Virus record (IMG/VR): IMGVR_UViG_3300030328_001638
Span: 3,140-67,139 of that record
Direction: 5' to 3' (one strand)
DNA from: a virus
Length of the DNA stretch: 64,000 bases
The notes beneath the pieces are model-generated. The model ran no database searches. It saw only the letters and a list, made by a program, of their open reading frames with translations, and had not been told where the DNA came from. Positions 34,774-45,731 of the stretch are shown here, piece by piece; the stretch's first letter is position 1, and each line of letters starts with the position of its first letter. The position numbers were made by a program, and so were the translations under genes.

Positions 34774-37080
34774 CTATGAAATTTTATTAAAATCTACATC
34801 TACTTTATTGTAATCTACAAATAAATAATCACCTACAGATACAGTAGCCCAAGGAACTTCTTGAGCAATTACGCCAGAGAAATTACCCTCCCCATATTTA
34901 TCAGGGTTTATATAATTCCAGGAATATATATTTATGCCATTAGGTGATTGCCCTACTAATTTAATGTTTTCTTTTAATCTTTTGTCAGAGGGTGCGCCTC
35001 CGCCTCCGCCTCCGCCTCCGCCTTGACGCCTTTTAGTGTTTAATTTATCAATAAGCTCATTAATATGACGAGTAACTTCTCCTTGTAATTTAACAGTATC
35101 GTCATCAAATACAAAAACTTTACGCATATCTCTATTAGTAGTAGGGTCTTTATAGGTAACTATAACTTTGTTGTCCCCACTCATCGTTACATCAACACCC
35201 TCTACACTTACAGGTAAGCCATGTTGGTTTAATGCGTTTGTATAAGCTTGATTTACAGCCTCAGCCGCCTTATTTATCTCCCCACCTGCACCCGTCAGAG
35301 CTTTAAATAAAGTAGCGGTTTCAGCACCTTGAAGACCATCCAGAGCTGGGTTATATGGTGCTATATCAGTTATTATTTCTGTAGTTTCAAACACCTCTTC
35401 ACCTTTATAGTTTGGATTAGGAATCATTTTTTTAGGGTTATTCGGGTCTTTAATCATCCTTGGTTCTAAACTAAAATTTTCTTCTTCTTTTAATAAGTTA
35501 ATAAACCCATCATATGCATAATTATCTAATATTTCTTTAGGCACTATAACTCTATAAAGTTTTCTTGCTATATCGTCTTGTGATAATGCACCTGTGTTGT
35601 CAATAGTAACAGATATATCTGTTTGTCGATTATATTGATCTGTCATAGTTCGCTTAATAACAATCTTTTCACCATCTCTTTTTATAGAGTGTATTTTGAT
35701 ACCATCTTTATTAAGACGCATATTCATATCTTCAATACGGTCATCCGATACAGCTCCTGCAGTTCCGCTTGCGGCTTCCATAATATTTTTAATATCACTA
35801 CCTATACCTGAGATTGCACTTACTTTATCAGCTTTAGCATCATCATAAACTTTTTTGTTTAAACGATAATTTAACATTGCAACATTTGGCCCTGTTTTTT
35901 CTACCTTCAAATCAATCTGAGAATTTACCGCTTCATCTATTTCTAACTTAGCGTTTTCCTTCAGTTTGTCTATGTCACTTACAACACTCACCTCTCCATT
36001 CTCTATATTCAATATAATTACATCACCACCTTCGTCAACCGTTTTAGCATCTGCCCCATATTTTGTTTTCATATCTGATAATGAGGTAGCAATTTTTTTA
36101 CCTCCAATCTCTGTCATTACTTGAACAATTCCATTAGGAGTAGACAATAATGAATTTTGTAAGTCTTCTAAAATCTCATCATAAGCTGTTGAACCTGGTG
36201 TAACTCCTGGCATCTTTCTAAAATCATAAGTAGTAGTTTTTGATCCGTCATAAGAACTTACCTCTGTAGTTACATAGGCTGCTAAAGCATCAACTTGATC
36301 TGAAATTGCACCACCTACATCCACCGTAGTTGAATCATCTCCACTATACATAAATAACTGAGCTAATTGGTCAACTCCAATAAAATCGTCTCTGTTAGTG
36401 CTAAACTCTGTGCCGTATCCTGAGTTTTGTTGTATGTATTTTTCTACCTCTTCTTGAGGAATATCCTCTTTCTGGTAAACTTTGTTTTCGGATCCCTGAT
36501 GTCGTAGTTTAACAATCGCAGCTCGAGCCTCTTCTTCAGTCATTTTGTATTTTAACTTTCCTATTTGAATCATACCATCTTTTCCTTGAACGATATTATG
36601 CCCTTTAAGGCCTCCAAATCCTTGTAGATAATCATATACGGCTAAATCCATATTAGTCGCTGAATCATTATCAATTCTCTCTTTAATGGCTTGTGTCCAT
36701 CCTCCAATATTTTTTAAGATTGCTCCAGTGGTTTTGTATTGAGATTTTTGATTTACTTGAAATAGAGAGAAATCTTCTGGAGATATTATCCCATCCTTTA
36801 CTTGTTGATATCTATCCTGTAAAGTTGCCATAGATATCTGAGAAGCTTTAATTAATTTAGCCTGTACATTTAAATCATCTGTTTCAGGGATGTCCCCTAA
36901 CTTTTCTGCGGAAGCTTCAAATTCTTTTTTTACTTTTTCTCGCTCATCAAGTTTTCTTTTTCTGGCATCCATAAGCTGTCCGCTAAAATCAGACGCTACT
37001 TCACCCCAATTTATTGACTGATTCTCTCCTTTTGTAGGAGTTAAATCATAATCTGATACTGATCTTCTTGTTAATGCCAT
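34774..37080 (-). CDS. Ejection/internal virion protein with C-terminal peptidase S74-like chaperone domain
   Basis: Helical body, Gly9 linker, SDKRLKENI...IYSWNY...GVIAQEV...VDY. Confidence 0.7.
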   Translation of the reverse strand: MALTRRSVSDYDLTPTKGENQSINWGEVASDFSGQLMDARKRKLDEREKVKKEFEASAEKLGDIPETDDLNVQAKLIKASQISMATLQDRYQQVKDGIISPEDFSLFQVNQKSQYKTTGAILKNIGGWTQAIKERIDNDSATNMDLAVYDYLQGFGGLKGHNIVQGKDGMIQIGKLKYKMTEEEARAAIVKLRHQGSENKVYQKEDIPQEEVEKYIQQNSGYGTEFSTNRDDFIGVDQLAQLFMYSGDDSTTVDVGGAISDQVDALAAYVTTEVSSYDGSKTTTYDFRKMPGVTPGSTAYDEILEDLQNSLLSTPNGIVQVMTEIGGKKIATSLSDMKTKYGADAKTVDEGGDVIILNIENGEVSVVSDIDKLKENAKLEIDEAVNSQIDLKVEKTGPNVAMLNYRLNKKVYDDAKADKVSAISGIGSDIKNIMEAASGTAGAVSDDRIEDMNMRLNKDGIKIHSIKRDGEKIVIKRTMTDQYNRQTDISVTIDNTGALSQDDIARKLYRVIVPKEILDNYAYDGFINLLKEEENFSLEPRMIKDPNNPKKMIPNPNYKGEEVFETTEIITDIAPYNPALDGLQGAETATLFKALTGAGGEINKAAEAVNQAYTNALNQHGLPVSVEGVDVTMSGDNKVIVTYKDPTTNRDMRKVFVFDDDTVKLQGEVTRHINELIDKLNTKRRQGGGGGGGGGAPSDKRLKENIKLVGQSPNGINIYSWNYINPDKYGEGNFSGVIAQEVPWATVSVGDYLFVDYNKVDVDFNKIS

Positions 37081-37083
37081 AAT

Positions 37084-37848
37084 TTATGATTTTCTTTTAA
37101 ACACCATCTCCCCATCTATAACGGAAAAATCAAATAAACTTGAGTCTTGCTGATAATCATATAAGTCTTGTTGTGAAACATTCTTTTTCAAGAAACTTGA
37201 AATATCCCCTTTACTGAAGTTTTCAAAAGGTTTTGTTGTGGCGATATCAGTTGACACATCTGTAATAGCTTTAGCTTGTTTTCCTTTTCCAAATGTTGAA
37301 GAGGCATCTGACATCGTTGCTGCAGCAGAGCCAATACTTTGAACTCCTGATATAACAGCTTGGTTGGCTGATTCTTCTAAGTCTTGTGATTCTTGGAATA
37401 AACCTTTTGCCTCACCTAATCCCATAGTAATTAACTCATCATCAACTTCCATTTTCTTTTCTAATTTCCACTTTCTATGGTCGTATAAATCTTTAGCTTT
37501 ATCTGTTCTTATTGTCTCTAAAGAATCTACACCAACTTGATTAACTGCTCCAATACCTGCGGCTAAATTTCTTGGGTCACCTTCTTGAAGTGCTTGAATA
37601 GACATTTTTTGGGTTAAGCTTACAGAGTCTTCAGCTTGTTTATATACATCTAAAGGAATATTTAGTTCGTCAAAAGAGTATTTTAATTTTTCTAAATTTC
37701 TTCTTGCTTCTGCTCTTAGCTTTTCTGCTCTTATTTTAGCGGTTTTAGCATCTTTCCTTGCTTTTTTAGCTTGGCTAAATGACATACCTGCACTTGTAAG
37801 TGCGCCTGCTGCGGCTACTGCTGCTAATATTGTTGCTGCTCCTGACAT
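37084..37848 (-). CDS. Small ejection (pilot-like) protein
   Basis: Ala/Gly-rich hydrophobic N-terminus plus coiled coil; position after tail genes. Confidence 0.65.
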   Translation of the reverse strand: MSGAATILAAVAAAGALTSAGMSFSQAKKARKDAKTAKIRAEKLRAEARRNLEKLKYSFDELNIPLDVYKQAEDSVSLTQKMSIQALQEGDPRNLAAGIGAVNQVGVDSLETIRTDKAKDLYDHRKWKLEKKMEVDDELITMGLGEAKGLFQESQDLEESANQAVISGVQSIGSAAATMSDASSTFGKGKQAKAITDVSTDIATTKPFENFSKGDISSFLKKNVSQQDLYDYQQDSSLFDFSVIDGEMVFKRKS

Positions 37849-38360
37849 ATTTTTTTATTTTTATTTATCACCTCTATTGGTAATTCCATATATTTATCCG
37901 CATATATCTCTAACTCTGCCTCTTCTACTGTAGTTGCATCTGTTTTATACACGCAAGTCCATACACTTTCTTGATGCACATAAAAAACTCTTTGAGTTCC
38001 TTCTTGTGTAAAAACAGTATGCGGTGCTTTAATTCTTTTTACCTCACCTTCATCTGTTAAATATGACAACTCCCCTTTTAATAAAAAAGAAGGATGTTGT
38101 TGTCTATGTATCATACTTACTATTATAGACCCTTTAGGCATATACATTGTTCTGGTGTATAATCCTCCTTCAAAATTATGTTTTAAAGGAGCTATTTTTT
38201 TAAGCCCTTTGCTTTGTACTTCTCCTGCTTTGTGGGTTAATACCCCTTCAACCTCTTCTAATTGAGATTGAAATTCAGCTATTTTTTCCCACAATACCCC
38301 TTTTTTTGTCGATATTCCTCCTAATATCTTTTGAGCTATAACTGCTTCCTCTTTATTCAT
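37824..38360 (-). CDS. Cupin-fold protein
   Basis: HNFEGGLYTR...PKG..IVSMIH...H..FLLKG. Confidence 0.7.
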   Translation of the reverse strand: MNKEEAVIAQKILGGISTKKGVLWEKIAEFQSQLEEVEGVLTHKAGEVQSKGLKKIAPLKHNFEGGLYTRTMYMPKGSIIVSMIHRQQHPSFLLKGELSYLTDEGEVKRIKAPHTVFTQEGTQRVFYVHQESVWTCVYKTDATTVEEAELEIYADKYMELPIEVINKNKKICQEQQQY

Positions 38361-38375
38361 TTAATTAAATATGAA

Positions 38376-38383
38376 CAAAGATA
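38376..38383 (-). promoter_or_regulatory. Bacteroidota -7 element TAnnTTTG (representative of a late-gene set)
   Basis: Same motif on the minus strand at 3889, 4338, 6713, 47623, 49248, 52715, 55228, 59338 and 63225, each just upstream of a gene start. Confidence 0.75.
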
Positions 38384-38391
38384 CAAAAATT

Positions 38392-39225
38392 CTATGGAAA
38401 ACTTTTCATTACACTTCCCGATACAGCAAAAAGTTCTACAGGACGGAGAGAGTTATTACTAAGTTTAAATTCTAAATAATATCCTCTTGCTCCAAATGAT
38501 TCTGCAACACTATTTTTATAATATAATATAAGTTCTCCAGGAACTGGTGTAGGATAAGTAGGGGGAGGTGCAGCATTTACATTATTTATGGTAATACTGT
38601 AATCTCCAACTACATTACTAATAGCTGTAACTAATCCTAAAGCATCTGTAACTGCTCCGTTTAATCTATAAGCCATATCTCCTACGCTAATTATATATCC
38701 TGGAGGTGTGGCAAAAGTTATTATCATTGTCGCAGTTCCTCCTCCTGTTACGGTAACGGCAGGAGCAAGACCATGAGCTGATCTTAATTTCCAATTTACT
38801 GTTGAAGCATCCGACCTAATATATGAATACCATTCTCCCTCTTTTTCTACAAAATTATCTTCAGGAATAGTAGGTGTAGTTGGGTCTGTATTAGGAAAAG
38901 CAATTAAATCTGTATTTAACGATTCTACAGCCCATCTGGCTTCTGTAGATGCATATAATCCTATATTAGTGTTAGCTTCATAAGAAATAGTTTTGTATAA
39001 TTTTATTTCTAAAGGCTTGTCATTTAACACCCCTGTTACCGTAGATATACCTTGAATTCCATAAAAGTTATTTCTTGATACAGTACTTGAATTATGCCTG
39101 TATAAATTACCACCTTTAAAAGTGTATAAATAAGCATTCATCCCTCTAATAAATTCAGGATAAAAAGAGTAGAAGGAGGGCCATCCTTGACTATCTGGGT
39201 TGTATGTTAATGTATAATTTGCCAT
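38392..39225 (-). CDS. Tail nozzle C-terminal segment (separate gene)
   Basis: TLTY....GWPSFYSF.PE, F..KEGEWY, GARGYY...L....ELFAV. Confidence 0.6.
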   Translation of the reverse strand: MANYTLTYNPDSQGWPSFYSFYPEFIRGMNAYLYTFKGGNLYRHNSSTVSRNNFYGIQGISTVTGVLNDKPLEIKLYKTISYEANTNIGLYASTEARWAVESLNTDLIAFPNTDPTTPTIPEDNFVEKEGEWYSYIRSDASTVNWKLRSAHGLAPAVTVTGGGTATMIITFATPPGYIISVGDMAYRLNGAVTDALGLVTAISNVVGDYSITINNVNAAPPPTYPTPVPGELILYYKNSVAESFGARGYYLEFKLSNNSLRPVELFAVSGSVMKSFP

Positions 39226-39235
39226 AATTTTTATT

Positions 39236-40627
39236 TTAAAGTACTACGCATAATGGGCCTGAGCATTGTCTTAAACTTATTACTTCATTGTTAGAATCTA
39301 TTTCCATTATTCTATAAGTTCCTACAGTAGTGTCTGTGCTGGTAGCAGCATATGCATACCATCCTGCAGCTATTGATGCTCCTGCTATTATACTTCCTAT
39401 AGTAACTGACCCATAAGTTTCACATGAAATAGTTTGTTTTTGACTATTAATAAGATAGTTTGTTCCATCACAGAAATCAGTACAAGCGGCTCTCATAGTT
39501 GATATATATATGTCGTTACTACATGCAGGACATCCTTTAATCTGAGTTATAACTCCATTAGTGGATACAAATATAAGATTCTCCACAAGATTAGTAGATA
39601 TTAAGTTAGTTATACTATACCACCCTGTTGCTAATGCAGTAACCCCATAAGCATCTGTGTAAGCCCAATCATGTAAGCCTACTTGTGTAGCTGGTGTAGC
39701 TGCAATTGGGCCTCCTTGTCCTGCAGGTCTTAATGGATTACCTTTTGTATTTACTGCAGCATTATAGTAAGTATTTACTTTAGCTTTTCCACAAGCATCT
39801 GCCTCAAGAGCCTCAACATTAGAACATCTAAATCCATTTAAAAGACTTGGACATTGAACTTCAAATGTAAAAAAAGTACTTACACATGGTGCAGTTATTT
39901 CAAAATCTACCACCGAGCTACCCGCTCCAACAGGTACAGGAACTACCATAGTGGCATTATATGAGGCATAACCTACTGTAGGTACGGTGGAAGAGCATAC
40001 CGTTAAAGTTTGATCTCCTCCTCCATCATTAACTCCTGTTTGGGTAGCGTTTCCTCCCCAAGCAGGGATAGTAGTAGTTGCTCCTGAGTTTACAAATGCT
40101 CCATTAGTATATGTGTATATACTTACACCTGTAAATGAATTTCCATTTGTACCATTACTTACTGTTAAACCTCCTGATCCTAACACAGTTACATCACAAT
40201 CTTGGCAACATACACAAGCATCAGGAGAACCAATATATCCTGTCATATATCCTCCTAAATAAGAAGAATATTCAGAAGCTGTTGTGCCGTCAAACGTCCA
40301 AGTCATTTTATCAGGCACAGGATTCTGTGAATTTGCATCTGTCCCTGGGTTAAAAGTTACAATAGACGCCCCTGTATCTGTACCAAAATCAAAAGATATT
40401 CTGTAAACTCCTGTATTTCCTGATCCTGAAACAGGAGAGCCACAAGGTACTTGGCAGGTAGGACAATTTACAGGAGCCATTAACACTCCACCTGAAACTT
40501 CTCTAAAAATACCGTTTTGTGAATACCATCCATCTGCCGCATGAATACTTAACGCTGCGTCTGTATATATACCAGTGGATGATAAAAAATCTAATCCATC
40601 ATAATAATATTGTCCGTATGTAGCCAT
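39236..40627 (-). CDS. Cys/Gly/Thr-rich tail-associated beta protein
   Basis: Repeated GWY...G.I....C modules. Confidence 0.65.
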   Translation of the reverse strand: MATYGQYYYDGLDFLSSTGIYTDAALSIHAADGWYSQNGIFREVSGGVLMAPVNCPTCQVPCGSPVSGSGNTGVYRISFDFGTDTGASIVTFNPGTDANSQNPVPDKMTWTFDGTTASEYSSYLGGYMTGYIGSPDACVCCQDCDVTVLGSGGLTVSNGTNGNSFTGVSIYTYTNGAFVNSGATTTIPAWGGNATQTGVNDGGGDQTLTVCSSTVPTVGYASYNATMVVPVPVGAGSSVVDFEITAPCVSTFFTFEVQCPSLLNGFRCSNVEALEADACGKAKVNTYYNAAVNTKGNPLRPAGQGGPIAATPATQVGLHDWAYTDAYGVTALATGWYSITNLISTNLVENLIFVSTNGVITQIKGCPACSNDIYISTMRAACTDFCDGTNYLINSQKQTISCETYGSVTIGSIIAGASIAAGWYAYAATSTDTTVGTYRIMEIDSNNEVISLRQCSGPLCVVL

Positions 40628-40639
40628 ATAATTTAAATT

Positions 40640-43600
40640 TTAACAATTACTAATTTGAGTTATTACTCCATTTGCATCTACAACAAGATATGTTCCTGAG
40701 TTTGTTCCATAATATCCTGAAATCGCTGTTGCGGATGATTCACAACCTGCTGCATTAAATAATAAATCTCCTACTACAGGAGTAGCTCCTTGACCTATAA
40801 AATAATAAGTCTGATTTCTTACCATATTACACGCAAGTAGAGATGAAGTTTGAGGTTCAGAAAGGGTGATTGATGTACAAGGAATTGTGCAATTACAACA
40901 CGCATCACTTAAACTTATATTACTATAACATAAATATTGATCAGCAATAGTCCTAAAGTCATATATTAAATATAAATACTCATTCGCATCAGGAATGGTT
41001 GCGCTATTTTGTATCCCTCTAAATACATTAGTAGAAGGTTGGGTTACAACTAAAGAGTTTAAAGATTGACCTAATAAAGCTGCAATATCTGTAGCATTAT
41101 TCCCATATAAAGTGTTGCTTGAAAACCATTTCAGCGTATCAGTTGCTGTGTCAAAATCATAATTATCTTGAAATATTTTATTAGTCTGTACAATTAAATT
41201 AGCCCCATCATAAGGAAAATATCCTGTTGACCGAATCCCTTGCTCTAAGTAATATAAAGAAGCTATAGTGGAATCAGAACCAAAAATCATTTGGTTACTT
41301 AATATAGGAGAAGTACTTTGTGCATTAGACCAACCCATTTGACAATGTAATAATTTATTTGCATCGTTAATTGTATTTAAACCGACTTGCACGATAGTTA
41401 TGGTTTTCTCTACAGGACAATCTACTACAATCTCATAATTACAAATTCCTGAAGGAGTAAGCTCTAAGCTAATGGTATCAGGAGTAGCTGATGTTTTATT
41501 AATTGTTATAGTGTAAACACCTGCTCCTGTAGGGCTGATAGTTTGAGGAACTCCATTCCACACCGCTGTTAAAGAACAACCACCACTTCCTGTAAATAAA
41601 GTTAATGTTACAACAACACTTCCAATAATAGACCCTACATCTACAGTATAAGAAGTTATCCCCGAACAGTCTATATCAGCTATAATTGTTCCACAAGGAA
41701 CAGGTGGGTCTGGAAAAGGTACTTGGATATCGTTTGTTCCCAATACATATTCATCCATATATGGGTCAAAACCTCCTAATTTTTGCGTAGTTAAAGAAAC
41801 TTGAAACTGATCCCTAAACCATGAACGCATTCCTTCACTCGAAATTACCACTAACTCATCTGTATTAAAAGACGAACCACGTAGTTTTAATACCGCTCCT
41901 CTTTTAGCATCTGTAAAATACATATCGTAACCATATGATATAAAACTTTCAGGATTAAAACTATTTCCATATTCTTCTAATCTTGCAACTTGCTCTCCTA
42001 AAACTTCAGGTACAGAAGTTACTGTTCCACCTCCTACTGCATCTGTTAATATATTTTTTCCCGCTAAGACATAGCTTATTCTATCTTCTTGTAAAACTAA
42101 TATGTCAGTTTTTCTTGCATGTAATACTTGGATTTCTCCAAAATGAGTTTCTAAATCTTTAAAATTAACTAACCCTAAATTAAACTCATTTAAGTTATTT
42201 TGATTGGATTCACCGCTAAATATTCCACTATAAGTTACTCCTGCAAATCTATTAGCTTCTTTAAAATCTTGATTTGATACAGCTAATGCTCGTTCTCCTA
42301 ATTGAAAAGACATTCCATCTAATCGGTCTTGTATCTTATAACTTTCCACTCCATTTCCAAAGCTATAGCAGTTAAAAAATGGAATTGTCAGTATAGATGG
42401 ACTTCCTGCTGCTGTTTGATTTTGATCCGCACTATTGTCGGTATGGATAATTACATAAGCCTCCCCTGGGGTTGTAAATATAGGTGTATCTAAAGTTAAT
42501 TGAATATTGCTATTAACTACTGTTACAGTTGCAGTTGCACCTGTAGTTGTGTTATAAACAAAATCACCTACCTGTACTGAAACTGAAAATATTCCTGTAG
42601 TGTCATTTAACTCTGAACCGTTTACACTTGTTACAGTTCCATTAGCTACTTCTGATCCTGACGCATGTTGCCCTGCAACAATCGGGTAGCTAACTGATGA
42701 ATCATAAAAAATCTCTGAATTAGCTTCATTTGGTTCAGTCTCAAAAACTATTAAATCCCCTCCTTGTGTTACGTCCACGCTTAATCTTGAACGAGCTGTT
42801 CGGGCTGCTGTTCCTGAAAGTCCTGGTCTATAACAGAGATATATAGGCGAACCATCAACCAATGGGTTGTCTGCGACAAACTGAATATTACCATACCATT
42901 GGCCTTGGGGACAGTTAGCTGAAGTCATTGGGTTATTATTATCCCTACAAGGTGGTACGTATATGTTTAATCCAAATGCCCCCGTACAGGAACTACCTAA
43001 ATCGTAAGCAGCCTTGGACGATAAAGTTGTCTCAAAGAAAACATCGTCATAATCCCCGTTCCCTGTATTTGTACCACTACCTAAATCTGGTTGTGCGGCT
43101 ACCCACCATAGATATAAATTGGCAAAATTTTGAGCAGCGGTAAAAGTTTGTTTATAATTATATTCTATAGATTCAGTATTTCCGCTATTACTTTCATTTC
43201 TCCATACATGAAGCGTGATAGTAATTTGTGCGCCTGCATTAATAGGTATATTAGTTTTTACGCCATTATTACCTTCTATTACATAATCCTCATCATACCA
43301 CCACCCTTGTGCTGTGGTTGAGCCTGGCGTACAAACATTACCGCTGGTGGTTTTTCCAAACCCATTTGGATTCCACCAAGTCTGTGGTACAGCGTCATCA
43401 CTAACTCTCCATTGTTGAGGAACCATATTCATATAAAAACCTGCAGGACTTTTTACTGTTGAATCAGCAGGGTCAGGGCGAGGGTCAATAAAGTTTATTT
43501 CTTGTGCTTCAGCCGCCAATACCTCAGCTTTTATTTCGTTATTTTGCGCACCATCTGCGTCAATCTTTACTATTAATTGTTGACCAACTTTAACTTTTTC

Positions 43601-45730
43601 AGTATTATCCCCACGTAATAAAAACCATATACTTCCATCTAATGCTTTTACAAAAAAGTTTGTGTATATAGTTTCATAATTAGTTGCACTTGGTTTTACT
43701 ACATACTTCCATCTTTTTGCCCACGATGGTGGTCGACTGAATAACTCAACTTTAATTTTATTTATTAAATCTGAACCTGAAGGCGGAATAAATATGGTAT
43801 TAAATTGAGCCACTAATACTGTTGATGCTCGTGCATACTCATCCATATACACTAATCCTACCTCATAATCTCTATTACTATGCAGACTTCCTTGTTCTGT
43901 TACATTTATTATATCTATATCAGTAGAGGTAATAGTAAAGTATTCAAAACTATGAATAGTATAGCCAGTCCCTACATTGTTATACTGATATTCTATTGCT
44001 AAATTTTGAAGCCCAAAAGTAGTATCAGTAGTAGTAGCAGGAGGAGTTATTCTTACTCCTTGCTGATTTGAAGAATTATCTATAGAGCTGTTATATTTTG
44101 TATAATTAACAGGAGCAATAGTTTCGGTATTAAAACTATCAGTTAAAGAAAACCCTTGTGCAGCATTTGCCATAGTCTCAATATTAGCATTAGGAGTTGG
44201 AGGAGCAATAGTCCCTATAGCATTAGCAAACTCTGTAGAATTTATAAAATCAAACACAGCAGTTGGCCCTGTGTAGTCTTGAGATAAATCAATAAAACAC
44301 TCTATATCAACATTAGTAGTAACGGCTTCTTGTTCCCAACCTGTACATCCTGTGGCAGGGTCATTATCACCTACACATGTTACAATTGTACCCAAAGCAT
44401 TATCTACAGCATAAGCTTGAACTTGGTAAGTTGTTAGGCTCATACGTAAAGAAAACTGCGAACCTGCTGTTAAATTTCCAGCTATACTTGCTAAATCCCA
44501 AGTAGCTTTGGAGTTAGGTATGGTGACAGGAGAAACATTAGTATTAATCTGATAAGTAATTCCAGAGGACAATACAGGAAAATCCACACTATATACACCC
44601 ACAGACGATGTTACTCTTTGTAGATAATATTCTAAATCTAAAACTTGACCTGTAGCGTTTGTTATATTGTATCCATCTGTGTAATTTCCATATATAAGCC
44701 TATTAGCCATAATGGTTTGTGCTTTAGCTAATTTAGGAACATTGTCGTATAGCCTTAATATTTCATCATTACCTAAAACAGTATAAATTTTACTGTTAGT
44801 AAACGTAATAGTATGAGTAGTATTATCAGCCCAACCTTCATTAACCTTATCAAATCTTTCAATTAAAAAGATAGTTGTGCTATTAGTGTATTTAAACAAA
44901 ATATCCACAGCTATAACCCTTCGTGATCCTGTATTGAAAGATACTTCTGCTGCATTATATTTGTTTTGCATGGATTCGTTAGAAAAATTTTCATAACTAA
45001 ACTCAAAAACCCCAGGCTCAAATGCAGGAGTGGTAAATAAAGATGTAGCACTATATTCTTGATCTTCATATCTATAACGATAAGCAAAACTTAAAAACCT
45101 ATCTTCCATATAGTTTTCTTCAGACGCAAGATTAATCAGCTTAACCGTTGGGGAAGTTATATTGTCTAAATCTTGAAATCCAGGAGGTTTTCTAACAACA
45201 CTTACATCTTCTTCCACTAACTGATCAAACCCACCTGAAGGTGTTGGGTAATTTCTTCTTACATCAATTTTTCGTGGAGGATTTTTATCGTCTGTCCAAA
45301 ATAATAGATTATCTATTAGATTAACTCCTGTTATTAAATACGCAGGGTCAAAGTTCAACACACTCACACTTTCTACGTGATAAGTAACTTGATTAGTAAC
45401 GGTATTATAGGAAACAACTAAATCTACTTTATCGGTTTCTGGAGATTGAGGATTGGCAGGGTCGTGAACAAACCAATACATAGTTTCATTCATTGAGTCT
45501 TCATAAGCCCCTATACATTTAGCTTGATTAGAAAGAAGAACAGAATTAAAACGTAATTGAGTAATTTGTTCATTTCCACGAGTATTTTCTACAGCTCCAA
45601 TCTCTGTGGTTTCAGTTGCACCAAGACGTACATTCATTGCGTCAATATACTCACCCTGTGGTATAAGACGCTCATCAACGCTTTTATTCATCCTACCTTT
45701 TATAAAGGTAGCAACTGATTTTATATCCAT
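40640..45730 (-). CDS. Tail nozzle/stabilization (muzzle-like) protein
   Basis: GRMNKSVDERL...GEYIDAMN, LLFWTD..NPPRKI, FAYRYRY, GVES..I.D, GGFDPY. Confidence 0.8.
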   Translation of the reverse strand: MDIKSVATFIKGRMNKSVDERLIPQGEYIDAMNVRLGATETTEIGAVENTRGNEQITQLRFNSVLLSNQAKCIGAYEDSMNETMYWFVHDPANPQSPETDKVDLVVSYNTVTNQVTYHVESVSVLNFDPAYLITGVNLIDNLLFWTDDKNPPRKIDVRRNYPTPSGGFDQLVEEDVSVVRKPPGFQDLDNITSPTVKLINLASEENYMEDRFLSFAYRYRYEDQEYSATSLFTTPAFEPGVFEFSYENFSNESMQNKYNAAEVSFNTGSRRVIAVDILFKYTNSTTIFLIERFDKVNEGWADNTTHTITFTNSKIYTVLGNDEILRLYDNVPKLAKAQTIMANRLIYGNYTDGYNITNATGQVLDLEYYLQRVTSSVGVYSVDFPVLSSGITYQINTNVSPVTIPNSKATWDLASIAGNLTAGSQFSLRMSLTTYQVQAYAVDNALGTIVTCVGDNDPATGCTGWEQEAVTTNVDIECFIDLSQDYTGPTAVFDFINSTEFANAIGTIAPPTPNANIETMANAAQGFSLTDSFNTETIAPVNYTKYNSSIDNSSNQQGVRITPPATTTDTTFGLQNLAIEYQYNNVGTGYTIHSFEYFTITSTDIDIINVTEQGSLHSNRDYEVGLVYMDEYARASTVLVAQFNTIFIPPSGSDLINKIKVELFSRPPSWAKRWKYVVKPSATNYETIYTNFFVKALDGSIWFLLRGDNTEKVKVGQQLIVKIDADGAQNNEIKAEVLAAEAQEINFIDPRPDPADSTVKSPAGFYMNMVPQQWRVSDDAVPQTWWNPNGFGKTTSGNVCTPGSTTAQGWWYDEDYVIEGNNGVKTNIPINAGAQITITLHVWRNESNSGNTESIEYNYKQTFTAAQNFANLYLWWVAAQPDLGSGTNTGNGDYDDVFFETTLSSKAAYDLGSSCTGAFGLNIYVPPCRDNNNPMTSANCPQGQWYGNIQFVADNPLVDGSPIYLCYRPGLSGTAARTARSRLSVDVTQGGDLIVFETEPNEANSEIFYDSSVSYPIVAGQHASGSEVANGTVTSVNGSELNDTTGIFSVSVQVGDFVYNTTTGATATVTVVNSNIQLTLDTPIFTTPGEAYVIIHTDNSADQNQTAAGSPSILTIPFFNCYSFGNGVESYKIQDRLDGMSFQLGERALAVSNQDFKEANRFAGVTYSGIFSGESNQNNLNEFNLGLVNFKDLETHFGEIQVLHARKTDILVLQEDRISYVLAGKNILTDAVGGGTVTSVPEVLGEQVARLEEYGNSFNPESFISYGYDMYFTDAKRGAVLKLRGSSFNTDELVVISSEGMRSWFRDQFQVSLTTQKLGGFDPYMDEYVLGTNDIQVPFPDPPVPCGTIIADIDCSGITSYTVDVGSIIGSVVVTLTLFTGSGGCSLTAVWNGVPQTISPTGAGVYTITINKTSATPDTISLELTPSGICNYEIVVDCPVEKTITIVQVGLNTINDANKLLHCQMGWSNAQSTSPILSNQMIFGSDSTIASLYYLEQGIRSTGYFPYDGANLIVQTNKIFQDNYDFDTATDTLKWFSSNTLYGNNATDIAALLGQSLNSLVVTQPSTNVFRGIQNSATIPDANEYLYLIYDFRTIADQYLCYSNISLSDACCNCTIPCTSITLSEPQTSSLLACNMVRNQTYYFIGQGATPVVGDLLFNAAGCESSATAISGYYGTNSGTYLVVDANGVITQISNC

Positions 45731-45731
45731 A

